From: Ophelia neglecta
Lineage: Eukaryota
DNA length: 64,000 nt
Reading direction: 5' to 3'
NCBI GenBank assembly: GCA_965285935.1
Contig: OZ260662.1
Location: forward strand, 68,882,001 to 68,946,000
Shown here: one piece after another, positions 27,701 through 39,608 of the stretch
Layout: every line of letters begins with the position of its first letter
How positions within the stretch are numbered: position 1 is the first letter of the stretch
Position numbers and translations under genes: made by a program
The notes under the pieces: generated by a model
What the model was told of the DNA's origin: nothing
Seen by the model: only the letters and a program-made list of their open reading frames with translations
Databases searched by the model: none

Positions 27701-30700
27701 GCTTAAGAGGCCAACAAATTGAAAATTAGGGTGGAATTTTCTGTAGTATATTGTAATTTGTGTGTTACACCAATCGCTTTGTATACGTGCCCAAAAAGAA
27801 GAAAGTAATTTGCTATAACAATGAACAATGTAAACTGAACTGTATAATTACAAGTCTAGAATATTAAATTCGAGTTAATCGCAAAGGTAGGGAACAAGTA
27901 CAAGTAACACACAGCATCAGGGACAGGGTTAAGCTATTGCACCTAGGAAAGCAGGAAGGTAAAATAAGAACTTCATAACGGCCAAAGCAGAAACAACATC
28001 AAAACCGCCATCAATGGGACGGCCACTTGGTGCGTAGCAAGATGGCGCCGTTTTTGTCACGTAGCCTTACATAACGCATTGTGGCAATTCACCTGGCTGG
28101 GATTCGAATCCCACGTAGCTCAACCATTTGTACTATATCCCCAACTTCACTTTAGAGTTGCTTGAAACGTTGACTCTTTTCGTGGTGCATATCTGTCCTG
28201 GCCATATAATTATGAGTATATCCTCTCTCGGTCCCAAGCCCCCCCCCCCCCCCCCCCCGTGGTCCTTACCTCCTGTAACCTTTGTATAATCTTTGTCATA
28301 GCGACAACTAGGCAATATAATTATACTAGCAGTGACCCGTGGGCAACCACGGTGAAAAGGGCAGCAGTGGATTGAATGGTGGTCTATTCGAAGAGGGCAG
28401 TTTTCATTTGTTACTATTATAATGCTGGGTTGAGACAAAAAAATAGAAAAGTAAGTTGGTATAAAAAAAATCCATCATAAATGATAGTGCCTATATATTG
28501 CCAATGTTGGGAGAGACAAAACAATAAAAGTGCAAACAGATTTGAATGAAACATACATAGCAAAGGTAGTCTTAAGTTTTATTCCAGTCATCCAGCGAAC
28601 ACCTCTCGAGCAGTTCATTGAAGAATTTCAGGATACACAACAGTTTTGGTGACTGTTGTCATGGTGTCTGATGCATAACCCTGCTTTGTGGTGTTCTCGA
28701 TTTTTACTTTAATGCGTTGAAATGATTTTGTCTGTGAGAAGGCTATGTATAGTTGTCCATGTGTGAAAACAGGGTCAGGAAAGTAAATGCCTATTTCTTT
28801 GAATGTTTACCCTTGCGCCTTGTTGATCGTCATTAAATAGGCTATCCGAGCAGGGAATTGGATGCGTTCTAGGACGATAGTCAAATTCACATCTGATGGG
28901 GCGAGTTTAATGCGGGGAATGAGAATCCTCTTCCCTGCCTGTGTGTTCGCCACAACCACTGTGCCAATTGTGTCGGCATGAAGGTGACGAACAATCTGGC
29001 GGGTCCCATTACAAAAGCCATTTTTAATGTCAAGGCTACGAAGGAGCATTATCAATGCACCCTTCTTCAGGATCACTTTGTGCTCTGGCATTCCTGACGG
29101 AGTGAGACTGTTGAGGAATTCAACTGGGAAATTGTTCTCGTCAGGGTTGTGGGACACTATACAGTCAATGCTCAGGTTTTTTTTTGCTCCCTGGAAGTTG
29201 TTTGAGGATTTCTCTGTTGATGGCCAAGATGGTGTCATTTTTGGGGGTTAGAATTATTTGTTTGGAAACATCACACTCTAATGTTGGGTATACTGCTTGT
29301 ACCAGGTCCCCGTCGCACAGGCACTCATTAGGAATGTGAATTGAGCAGTCCCCAAACGTAGCCCTACAATAATTATATATAAATAGTAACGGTAATGTCC
29401 TTATTCCCTCACAATTGAGATAATTTTATTCACACATTTAGTTTTGAATTCCTACATTAAATTTCTAATCATATCCCAACCGGTACAATTAAATTTCCGT
29501 ACACTTTAATTTGAATCACTGCAAACAGTTTTCCTACATTTTAATATCAATAACAATTTCTCTGCATTTTTCTATCACTCCAAATAAATCCCCGGATGGC
29601 AGCTTTGTCTAAGGTTCAGTAATGAGTCCAGAGGCGTAGGAAGGAAAATCAAAGTGAGGGGGCCAACTTTACATCAGCAGCATAAAAAGTGGGGGGGGGG
29701 GGGGGCAAAACATATGATGGCCCCCCACTTTTTTAAGTCGGGGGGGGGGGGGGGGCATGCCCCCCTGACTTAAAAAAGTGGGGGGGGGGGGCATGCCACT
29801 GTACATTGATCTTTACGTGCCAAAAAAACATTGAATAAATTCAATTATCGGGTGTGTATTGGTTTGTAAATAACCTGCCTACAGGTAACTGTTTGATGAT
29901 GGTCTAGCCAACTGAGGACAGACGCTCCTAACCACTGCTGCATTACACTGTGACCATTTTGAGAGGGGAAAAAGTAAGAGGGTCATCATTAAAAAGTGGG
30001 TGGGCCAAAACATTTGATGCCCCCCCCCCCCCATTTTTTAAGTGCCCCCGTTTTATTGTCGTTTTCCCTCAAGAAGGACTCACTCATTAAAAAAATATTG
30101 ACAGCCCTTTGACCCCCTGGCCATATATATTTAACCTTGCTAGGGTATCTACAAATGGCTTATTATTGAGCACTTTTCCCAAGAGGAGAACTAATTCATT
30201 AATCAAAAAATGACAGCCCTTTGATCACCAGTAGGCTTTGTTCTGAGGTGTTGAATATCACATTTCGAATTGGGTCATAGCTAAGACGACTGAATGATTA
30301 ACTGGCACCAACCTCCCATGTTGTTTATTACTTGCCGTGTTAAAATGAAAGTAACAATGTAGCATATAAATTTGATTTGACAGGTGTCAACACTTGTAAA
30401 GGAACCTGTCATAATAGTTTATTATATCACAGCTAATTCGTCACTTTTCCTTTAGTCAACATTTGTAAAGAAACCTGTCATAATAGTTTAGTATGACACA
30501 GCTAATTCATGACGTTTCCCGTACTTGTTGCTGTCAATGATATCCCAAAACATCAGGCGTTTGCAATAGTTTGTTACCAACACATTACTCTGCCAATAAT
30601 ACCTCAATTTTTGCATATATTCTGCCAGTGCAAGGTGTCCACTGGGCATATGTACATATAGCCATCGCTGTCCTTATATATATATACAAACAATAACACG

Positions 30701-33700
30701 CGTGGGAATGAAAATAGGTCGGGTCAAGCTATAAAGGAATCCAGCGCATTGATACGAAGTCAGTGAGCCGTAGACTGGTAAAAAGTAGTACAAACTGTCT
30801 ATTTTGTCAGAGGGTTTTGGTGATGTCGAAAACATTCTAATAAACAAACAAATCGAATCGACTCATGCAGCAAGTATCCGACAATATATTACTCATCAAA
30901 TCGGCCTCCTTTCCCAAGAAATACACAGCTGACTGTGGCGTACGAATATTCAAAGCTGCGAGTCGTTCGTATCGAGACTGCATGGTCGGGTGTCCACCTT
31001 CCCTTCGTAGCAGTGCACACAGCTCTGCTCTCTTCGCCTGTAGCGGTGATGCGGAGAAGCTAGATACGATAAGCATTGGCACCTGCTGCGAAGGGTAGTG
31101 TCCAACCCAACCGGATAAAATGGCGGCGATCGGCAGACGACAGAGGCGAGCGAAAAGGCAAACGCGCACGGTTCGAAGGTTTACATCGCACCGAACTGGT
31201 CCGAAATAAAAAATTCCACGATTGGAGCGGACAGAAAGGCGTCGCCAAAAGTTGGGGGCGTACCGTCCGCCAGCGGCCGAGAAAAATCGTAAACAATTGG
31301 GTAATATATAATAGATTGTCCTCAATTAAAGGGCTTCCAAGTGCAGGCAAACTAAGTGGTTTAAAGGCTTTTTAATATAGTGTATTAATAGGAAATAAAC
31401 AAAAAAGCTACTTAATTTCTGTAGTATATTTCGAGCGACACTTACCGTCGGCATAATCTGGGGGCAGGTGTCTAGCCAAAGGACGGTTTGATTTACCCCA
31501 CAGAGGGCGCCACAGGTTGTTACAAGAACCGTCTATAGTGCGGTACTTGGTATATGGGTTGCAGTGGTTATTCTGGTTGTTTGTTGGGTAAGGGCAGGTC
31601 CCAGGGGTCGCCACTAAGTTCGGCATATCCGGGCCTGCAGGAGTGGGGTTTGGCCTCAGAAATGCAGGCAAAAGTAGGATCAACTTGCCAATGTCATTAG
31701 CTGCTACACCAAATCTACCCAGGAAAATAGAATTAACTGAAGTCATTGCTACAATAAAAAAAAGAACATGCAAGCCCAAGTTCTGATTATCTTTATTTTA
31801 ATTTGTTTTCTTAATCGTAACCAAATCGACGTTGATGCCTAGATGCTCTGTGTGCCTGCCACTAATAGATGGTAAACATCGACTGTTTTTTTTTTGGACT
31901 TTCTGGATTGTTTGGCCATCATTTTTCCGCCGGGTTTTATCTTGCGTTTTCCTACTATACGCGTCGCGCATCGCTTTGTAACACATGTATTGTATGGGAA
32001 AGACCATTTATGTGAAATTGAATGCCCCTTGACCGCATATAGCTTTATTTCTCAGCATTGAACATTCTGGTTACGACAATCTGCTTCATATCATTAATTG
32101 CGAATGTGACCCCTCTTATTAATAGTTTCATTAACTATCACGGGTCGCCTAAATATTCTATTGCAATTGCATTGAATGGATTTTTGCTAGCGGAGTTTAA
32201 TTGTAAATTTATGCAAATGACATCGTTTAACGAAACATTTTCCGCGATCGAAATTATTAAGTAATTGATACATTATGTAATGTTTTACATAACAATCTTA
32301 TATTGTTACCTTACGTGGCACCTGAATACTTGAACACGGTTTTTAATGCCAGACAGTTTGCAATAGGACGACATTAGTGACATTATGTGTCTGTCTACAC
32401 GAGGCTGTAGGGCAAAATATGTCACCTCCACGGACATACATGACCTAATTCTACATACAGTCGGTACATTACACTGGGGTGCAAAGCCCCTTCGGCAACG
32501 AATTAGGGATACTTAATATTGACAACCTTACTTACCTGCAGGCGAATATTAAATAAATTTAAACAAAATTAATGTCAGGTACAAGTATATTACGGTACCC
32601 TGCTATCAGAGGGAACTGGCTACAAATTATGTCTGCATTACAATAGTCAAATGATGTCCAGCCAATTTCTAATGGCACATTTTTAAAGATGTTACCTGGT
32701 TTTGGCAATTCGCAGTACCCCTAGTTGATCGGCTGCGGGTATAGAATTTCTCTTCAGCAACTTACTAGAGCCGAGGAAACTTTGTACTTTACGAAAGGCG
32801 GAAATGCGTTCAACTCTTCGTCTTCTAGTGCCTAAAAACAAGTTTCCTGACAACTTATTTTGTTAGTATAATAGCAGGCTGAGTAATAATTAACACTGTT
32901 TTTAGTAAAAGAACGAATGTGAATGTTATCAAGGATGTATGTGTACATACAGTTTAAAATGACATGAATGGTATAGTATTATCTGTGTAGGGTTTCCTAT
33001 ATAACCGAATGAAAACAAAACTTTGAGAGTTTATTTTTGATCAAACTAAAACTTGTTATGATATGATGATAGGTAATCTTAGTAAACAGTGTGGCTTTAG
33101 TCTATTTACTTCCCATATATTCAGAGGTTATAGATATATGGCTGCTACACAGCGGATTGTTGTTTTTCTTTTTACCTATGGTCATATCTCTTGTCGCGGC
33201 CACCTCAGCACGTAATGCCGACGCTGTTATCTGCCTCGACTCATCCATAATATTCTCTAAATCGGCCAGAACAGCATTTGCAATATCACCAATAGATAAT
33301 GCAACTGTAAAGAAATAAAACGTTTAGAGAGGATTTTGGGGGTAGAATTAGGGATAAACAAAATGTTTCTAAGTCCATGTCTATGTTAAAATGATGCAGG
33401 GGTGAAAAGACCTGAACGTTAGATAATAAAAGAAAATGCTGAGAAGGCATAAACTCACATAAAGAGGCATCTGAAGTTACGAGGGGAAACGGATCGTTTC
33501 ATGAATAAGGTACATGTACTGCGAAGAACTCCCCTCATCACCACAGTCACCCATCCCCACCCATAGATAACCCCTACATACCCCCTCAACCCCCCCCCCC
33601 CAAAAAAAAATAAAATAAAATAAAAAACAAAATAAGGAGCCTAAGATAGTAAGGGGTAGCGTGCTAATTTGAAAGAGTATAGGCAGATCTTTTAAAGAAT

Positions 33701-36506
33701 ATAAAAATACCCAGACGACAAAATACATTTTGGAATATAACAAAAAAATGTAGATATTTTCAGAAACGTTTTCCTCGAACAGTAAAAATCCTGTTACTAT
33801 TCAAGGAAAACTAAAATGAATTTCAAAGTAGGTTAGATCTCGTAACTAATTGAAGTGTGTGTCTTACCGGTCACTTGTCTTTGTGTGGTTGAGACAGACG
33901 GGCACCTGTATAGCGCATCGCACACTTTTAGGGTGGGATTAAAGTTGGGACTGTTCTTTGGACAGTCCGTGCTGAAGCTGCTCTTTCCGTTGCAGGATAT
34001 GAATTTACCACAGTTTCCCGGATAGGAGTAATAGCCGATAGCTCTGTTGTTACAGAATTGAACAGGTTGCACATCTGTCGAAAGAAAGCATGTGAATGTT
34101 TTATTTATCAGAAACTACGACAAGTGTGCTACCAAAATGTTTAAAATAAAGAATAAATACAAATGGGCGTGTATACCAACATGGCAGTGCAAAATCAATG
34201 ATCACGTCTATCAAATCGGTTCGTAAAAACAGTAACCGTCCGCTGTAGACCATCAAACATCAAACCTCCGTTCCTAAGCAATCTTGCTATTAGATGGATG
34301 CCACAATTAAACTTGATATCCCTTGCAATGAGGAGTAGTCAACAGTTTTCTTATTGCGAGTGAGAGCATACACAAACGAGTAAGCAGAACAACGATAAAT
34401 TTTGGCCTCGTGTCTGATGAATCGAACTCTCATAAATTTGCGACCAAAGACGGAATTCGTATGAACCGAAACTAAAGAAGGTGTAAAAGATCTTTGCAGT
34501 CTAAAGGGAAAAAGTGTACTTTATATCTCCTATAGTGCAATAAATACGTAAAGGGAACCAGTCACGCCTTTATTGTAGCTGACCATTACAATTGTAACAT
34601 GCGATGTTATATCAGTCGTATCAGAGGTGACACGTGTGAAAAGTCATAGGCTTATGAATTATTTGAACACTGTGTTGTCAGGCTTAGGATATATGCTATC
34701 GTTTTCCTAAAAAAAAATAGAGAAAACCTGTGTGTCACTATATTGTCAAAACGCCAATTCTCAACATCACGTGACCTTTCGCCCTTGTTTTATTATTTAT
34801 TGATTTTCCTCCTAATTCTTGTGAGCAAAATTTAGCGGAATAGATTACTGCTTAACTGCGTAGATGTTGAAACAATGGCTATTACACAGCCTACAGATAA
34901 TACAGTGATCGATTGTGTATTAAATCACACAAAGCCTAATCGAATCCTTTATCGATGTCCACAATTCCTCATAGGTATTTGTTTTACTTAGGTAAATAGG
35001 TTGAATAATCATTTATCTGTGAATTTTGAAAATGCCCGTTTGACCCCGCATTGTTCATAATATAAGCATGACCCTGGTTCAGTTATATCACCAAAAGGGC
35101 TATGTTAAAACAACGTATTTGTTAAAATCACGATCTTTCAAAGGCAATAATTCTTGAAGTATATAAAGAAAATATTGTCCCCGTACCTCTTGCTTATGAC
35201 GCATCATTTCAGTAGATTGTTAGGTATGCATTTGCCATCCAGATATTACACTAAGTTACATAAATTAAATCCACTAGTCCTATATCTCATTAACAGAGCT
35301 ATGAAAACACACACGCCTAACCCGTTATTCAATCTGACTGTTGCAATTACCTCTTCTTTGCTTAATATGATATGTCATACATATAGCTCATCTTTTGACT
35401 GTACAAATCAAGCATTATGGCTCTATTCTACAGTCAAAATCTGTCAACACTAACTTTTAAACATTATTAACCATAACGGAACCCATTCGCTTCATGTAAC
35501 CTAAAATATTTAGTGGATACATGATATAGCCTAAATCATAAGAAAAACACTTCAGACATTTGCTGGTAGATTTCATTTTTGGATGTGAAAAAATCCACCC
35601 ACCCGTCTACACAAATGGCAATTATTTAATTAAATTAAGAACAATTGTGGGTGTCTTTGCATCTTCGTAGCATTTTAATTATGTTAGGTTAATTATGTCA
35701 TCCGAGGATTAACACGACAGAAAGAAACTACACCTAGCATTTCCAGCATAGATATGAGGTGACAGGAGTGAAAAGTCATAGGTTTATGACTTATTTAAAC
35801 ACTGTCTTGTGAGGCTTAGGATATATATTATTGTTCTCCTAAGAATATAGAGAACACCTGTATTAAAAAAAAATCCATCTGCTAAGTTTGAAAATTTTTG
35901 AGCCATGTTTTTCTGCACAGACAAAGCCACAATGCAATTTCGTTCACTAAAGGTAATATGTATTGTGCTTCAACATTTGTACACAAATAGTCCCCCAACA
36001 TGTTCATCGTTTCATATGGCAAAATTAACAATTAACCAAATCTAAAAAATATCATGTCATCAACTTCATTTTCCACTCACATAATTTTTTCAACATTATT
36101 AAAACATAACGACATTCAATCAGAAAAACAGCAGTATTCACTCAGTTGACCACCAATGCAAGTATTAATTTAACCATTAAATTGACTTGTATTATCTAAC
36201 CTTGAGCTGTTCCTCCGTGAATAAGAGCAATGAGAAGGAATGAAAACACACTGAAATGGGAAAGGCAAAGACAGGGTTCAACTCCGTTGGTTGTTGGCTT
36301 TATATCTTGTCCGACGGTTGTCATACTTGTATCATGTAACATTTAATAAATACCATATGTTACCAGTATCATTTCAGTACGAAATGATTTATATTATCTA
36401 TATATATTGAGAAGTACTAATAATCAAACAACCTTAAATTTATTTTCTTTAAAAGAATTATTCCTTTCAAGAAAACCACTTACAATTGATGAAGAAGCGT
36501 CTCCAT
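21729..36506 (-). CDS. chitin-binding (CBM14) animal heme peroxidase PxB (~846 aa, secreted)
   Basis: Exons 36506-36484, 36250-36201, 34074-33868 (CBM14), [33470-33459 possible microexon], 33304-33176, 32831-32696, 31714-31446, 27339-26977, 26672-26448, 25492-25238, 25040-24901, 23379-23160, 22963-22858, 22573-22404, 22149-22026, 21852-21729 (2541 nt without the microexon). Signal peptide [23 protein letters not shown]. Motifs: [34 protein letters not shown]. Confidence 0.92.
25965..26260 (+). mobile_element. degenerate SINE-like remnant in a PxB intron
   Basis: GC-richer segment with an A-box-like start (GCGGTGGTCGTTTGGTT) and a TATGCTCCCCGGGATGG motif reminiscent of invertebrate SINE cores. 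No intact B box is visible. Confidence 0.3.
28326..31390 (-). mobile_element. internally deleted Helitron in the PxB intron 27340-31445
   Basis: The 3' end has a hairpin CCGTGG-TTGC-CCACGG (28337-28352) followed by GTCACTG-CTAG|T (28326). A PIF1 helicase relic lies just upstream. The 5' end is approximate (CTATATTAAAAAG near 31380). Confidence 0.8.
28615..29240 (-). pseudogene. PIF1-type helicase C-terminal fragment of Helitron RepHel
   Basis: [33 protein letters not shown]...CNGTR...[21 protein letters not shown]...[13 protein letters not shown]...VVYPEIL. There is an in-frame stop at 28807, the frame is broken upstream, and no Rep domain is visible. Confidence 0.92.
33868..34074 (-). other. 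CBM14/peritrophin-A chitin-binding domain exon of PxB
   Basis: [52 protein letters not shown] has six Cys with ChtBD2 spacing and aromatic residues. The exon is phase 1-1, 207 nt. Confidence 0.88.
34624..35860. repeat. dispersed direct repeat of ~105 bp (34624-34730 and 35756-35860)
   Basis: GAGGTGACA..GTGAAAAGTCATAGG.TTATGA.TTATTT.AACACTGT.TTGT.AGGCTTAGGATATAT...ATAGAGAA.ACCTG occurs twice. Confidence 0.85.
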
Positions 36507-38084
36507 TTTGAACTGACCTCAGAATCAGATTGGTGGTTTTAGCCTCAAATAAAGTGGTACATCTAGAACAACTAAAAACCTGAACCCTCCTGATGTGAAA
36601 CGGTCTCTATATTGACGCAACATCCGACAAATGCAGTAATGTGGCACCAGATAACCAAGACAGGAAATATGTTTTTTTTCTGTCATTAAGTTGAGCACAC
36701 ATTTGAATGCATAACCATAACACTCGGGTCAACAGTTGAATGATATCACCGCCAATAGGATAGGCATATAGACTAATTTAAAGCGCGCCTTTTGACATCA
36801 CCCGTCTAGGCACCATCGGTGTCCTGTCTGGTGGTGGTGGTGGTGGGGGGGGGGGGTTGGGGTGGGGATGGAACAAGCTTGTTTGCCAAGTTAACCCTAG
36901 AAATAATTTTCATCCAAATGTTTGTGAAAAAAATAGTATGTTAAGCAATGCGTATGAAAAAAAATAGATTGTTGACAACCAGCAGATTTATAAATAAAAT
37001 CGGCCCGAAAATGCTGAGAAAGATTAAAAAAAGATCTTTCTCGCTCGGCTTCTGACTGTCAAACTTGAATAGGATGAATTTGAATATTAACTTGAATGAA
37101 CATGGAGTACAATTTGCTAGTCTTTACAAAGTATAAGTGCTAAAGAAGAGCAAAATTTCGGCAACCTCTGGGTACGGGATAACATAGTGGTTTCTGCATA
37201 ATTATATTCTGGAAAAAAGTTTGTTTCTGCCGCCTCGGGGAAAAATTGTTTGCTTTGATTAGGGAGAAAATAAAAGGCTTAGTGTTTTCTTGGACGTAAA
37301 AAGTTTGGTCAGGAAAAAAAAACCATAACCATAAATTCTTTCGTTTGCAAATATCATCGGTTGTAGGACTTAGACTTGGCCCAATACCACTATAGCTTCA
37401 GGGATCGATGGCTCAATAGATTTGTCAACAAATAGCAACATTTTTCCCTCAGTGCCTACCTCTATGGAAGACCTGGGTAAATTGGAACTTTTTGGCAGGG
37501 TATAACATAAGAACATTACCTTACATTAAAAGGTACTTGGTCTACCCATAATTATATGACAAATACTTATAAATAACATACATCAGTGGAGGTTTTGATT
37601 ATATTTCAAGCACATACAGTCTTAATTTCTGCGCCTTTCCTAGAGAAAATTGCTTTTTGAACTTTCCATTTTAATCTATGCTCTCCTGGGGCACAAGGTC
37701 AGACCGAAACCCGGCAATGACAGGGATAAAACAAAATTATTTAATAAATGTCAAGTATAGACCATGGTGTAAATCATTTCAGTTTAACAAGCAACCGCAT
37801 GGGAAAACCCCATTTTTCGCGATTAATTAATACATGTATGTACAACCAAGAGTGACTTCCTTTTTCAGGATAGCACGTCTGTATTTCGTCTGGCCTGTTT
37901 ATACCGAATAAGTACACATTCAGTTAGCCGATAATGATAATAAATATAAAAGCCTGACAGTGATAAAGTGGAAACACGTTCGAGTTTAGTTCTGTTCACA
38001 CCACACCCAGTACATCAGTCGCCGGGAAAGCGGTTATTGCGAGAAACCGTGGAGTCGTGGAAAGGACAGTGCATGCGAGAAACG

Positions 38085-38261
38085 CAGAGGCGGATTTAGG
38101 GGGGGGGGGCAAATTTTCCAAGGCTGACAACGCCAATGTCGGGATTGTCCCCGGTACCAATCCTCTGAAACCAACTTGCGAAGGTCCAGAATTAGTCCCT
38201 GGTCCGGGCTCACTTTTTGGCAAAGGGGGGGGGGGGCTGCCGCCCCCTAAATCCGCCACTG
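38085..38261. mobile_element. MITE with G-run terminal inverted repeats
   Basis: CAGAGGCGGATTTAGGGGG ... CCCCCTAAATCCGCCACTG, 19 bp with 1 mismatch. Confidence 0.75.
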
Positions 38262-38477
38262 CATATATCGACCGATGCATGACAGTGCTTACCCTTAGGC
38301 AATCATAAAAGATGTAGGACTAACGTACTGCTCGCCATACACCAAACTTATTTAAAATACTGACCAGGTTAGTTTTCTACATTTTCTACAGCTCGCGCGA
38401 AACCATTAGACGCCTCACAGCATGTCAATTTACGGTAATTTCCTGTTTTATTGTATGTGTTTTTTCAGTCTTTCTAT

Positions 38478-38603
38478 TGTTCAAAAGACATATCATTTGA
38501 TCTGAGCCAGTTATATTTTAATAATTCAACAAACGTATCATTTAAGTCTGAACCAGTTGTATTTTAATTGTTCAAAAGACTTATCATTTAAGTCTGAGCC
38601 AGT
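38478..38603. repeat. degenerate tandem repeat, ~45-bp unit x ~3
   Basis: TTCAAAAGAC.TATCATTT.AGTCTGAGCCAGT recurs three times. Confidence 0.7.
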
Positions 38604-39608
38604 CTGAGTTCCGTTGCTCAACTCGCGCCATATTTATATCCATAACTTTAAAGTAAAAACAAACCATTTTCGCACAACTATTTGGCCTTTTAAGGCTTCG
38701 CAGCAATGAATTCTATTTAAGTTAACCTTGACCAGAACGAGGGCAAAATTTAAGTTATGTCGACCTCAGGAGCTCTTCTAGTTTATAGGTTAATGTTTGC
38801 AATACAAGCTCGGGGTGTCAACTGTTGTACATGCAGCATTTTATGAGTAGCAAACCTAATTAAATCTATGTGAAATTGCAGTTATTTGTGAAAGTCTTTG
38901 ATTTTAATGGTCGTCGGCAGTCACCTTATGACTGTGTGTTATATTGATTGTATAATGAATGTAGTAAACGGAGATTTACGATTCAGCTTGTGCAAACACG
39001 TGATACTAACGAGCATCCGGTTTTTGAATGAGTCTGTGAGAACGGTTGAAAAATCATCACGCCTATCAAATTTCGTCATTTTTAGTGAGCAACAGAAATA
39101 TAACCCGTAAACAACACAAATATTTTATTATGCCAAACTGTAGATATTATGTATTTGTATGATCCCAGTATATCGCCTTCAAATGCCGGGACAATGTGTG
39201 TTGTTCGGAGTGATTCTCTCCCAGCCATCACAATTCCTTGCGCCGCTTCACTTATCCAGGAAAGTAGTCTGATTTTACATGTATGTCTGTATTTCTATTT
39301 TGTCGCTGGGTACTATTGCATATTTGATTATGCCTACGAATTGTGATTTGGGATGGCTTAAAAAAATTTTTAAAGCCATTAGAAAAGCTTAGGAACTGGT
39401 CTCTCGCATATACATTATGAGGTCAGAATGATATTTTTCTAGCTTTGTTTTAAGATTGATCAGTTGATATATTTCTTTAAAAATTGAATTACATAATTTG
39501 AATATCATCGTGATTCTGAGTTCGTATATGTGTCTTGTATGTAATATTATTGAATGCTTTCAACCGTTGCTTTCACGTTTAACAAAACATTTTAGACTGG
39601 GTTTTTTT

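Noticed and set aside
28807-29238. Functional host PIF1 helicase gene
   Set aside because: It is a C-terminal fragment only, with an in-frame stop and a broken upstream frame, and it lies next to a Helitron 3' end.
37996-38308. Gly/Pro-rich ORFs on both strands
   Set aside because: They are explained by the G/C-run terminal repeats of a MITE.
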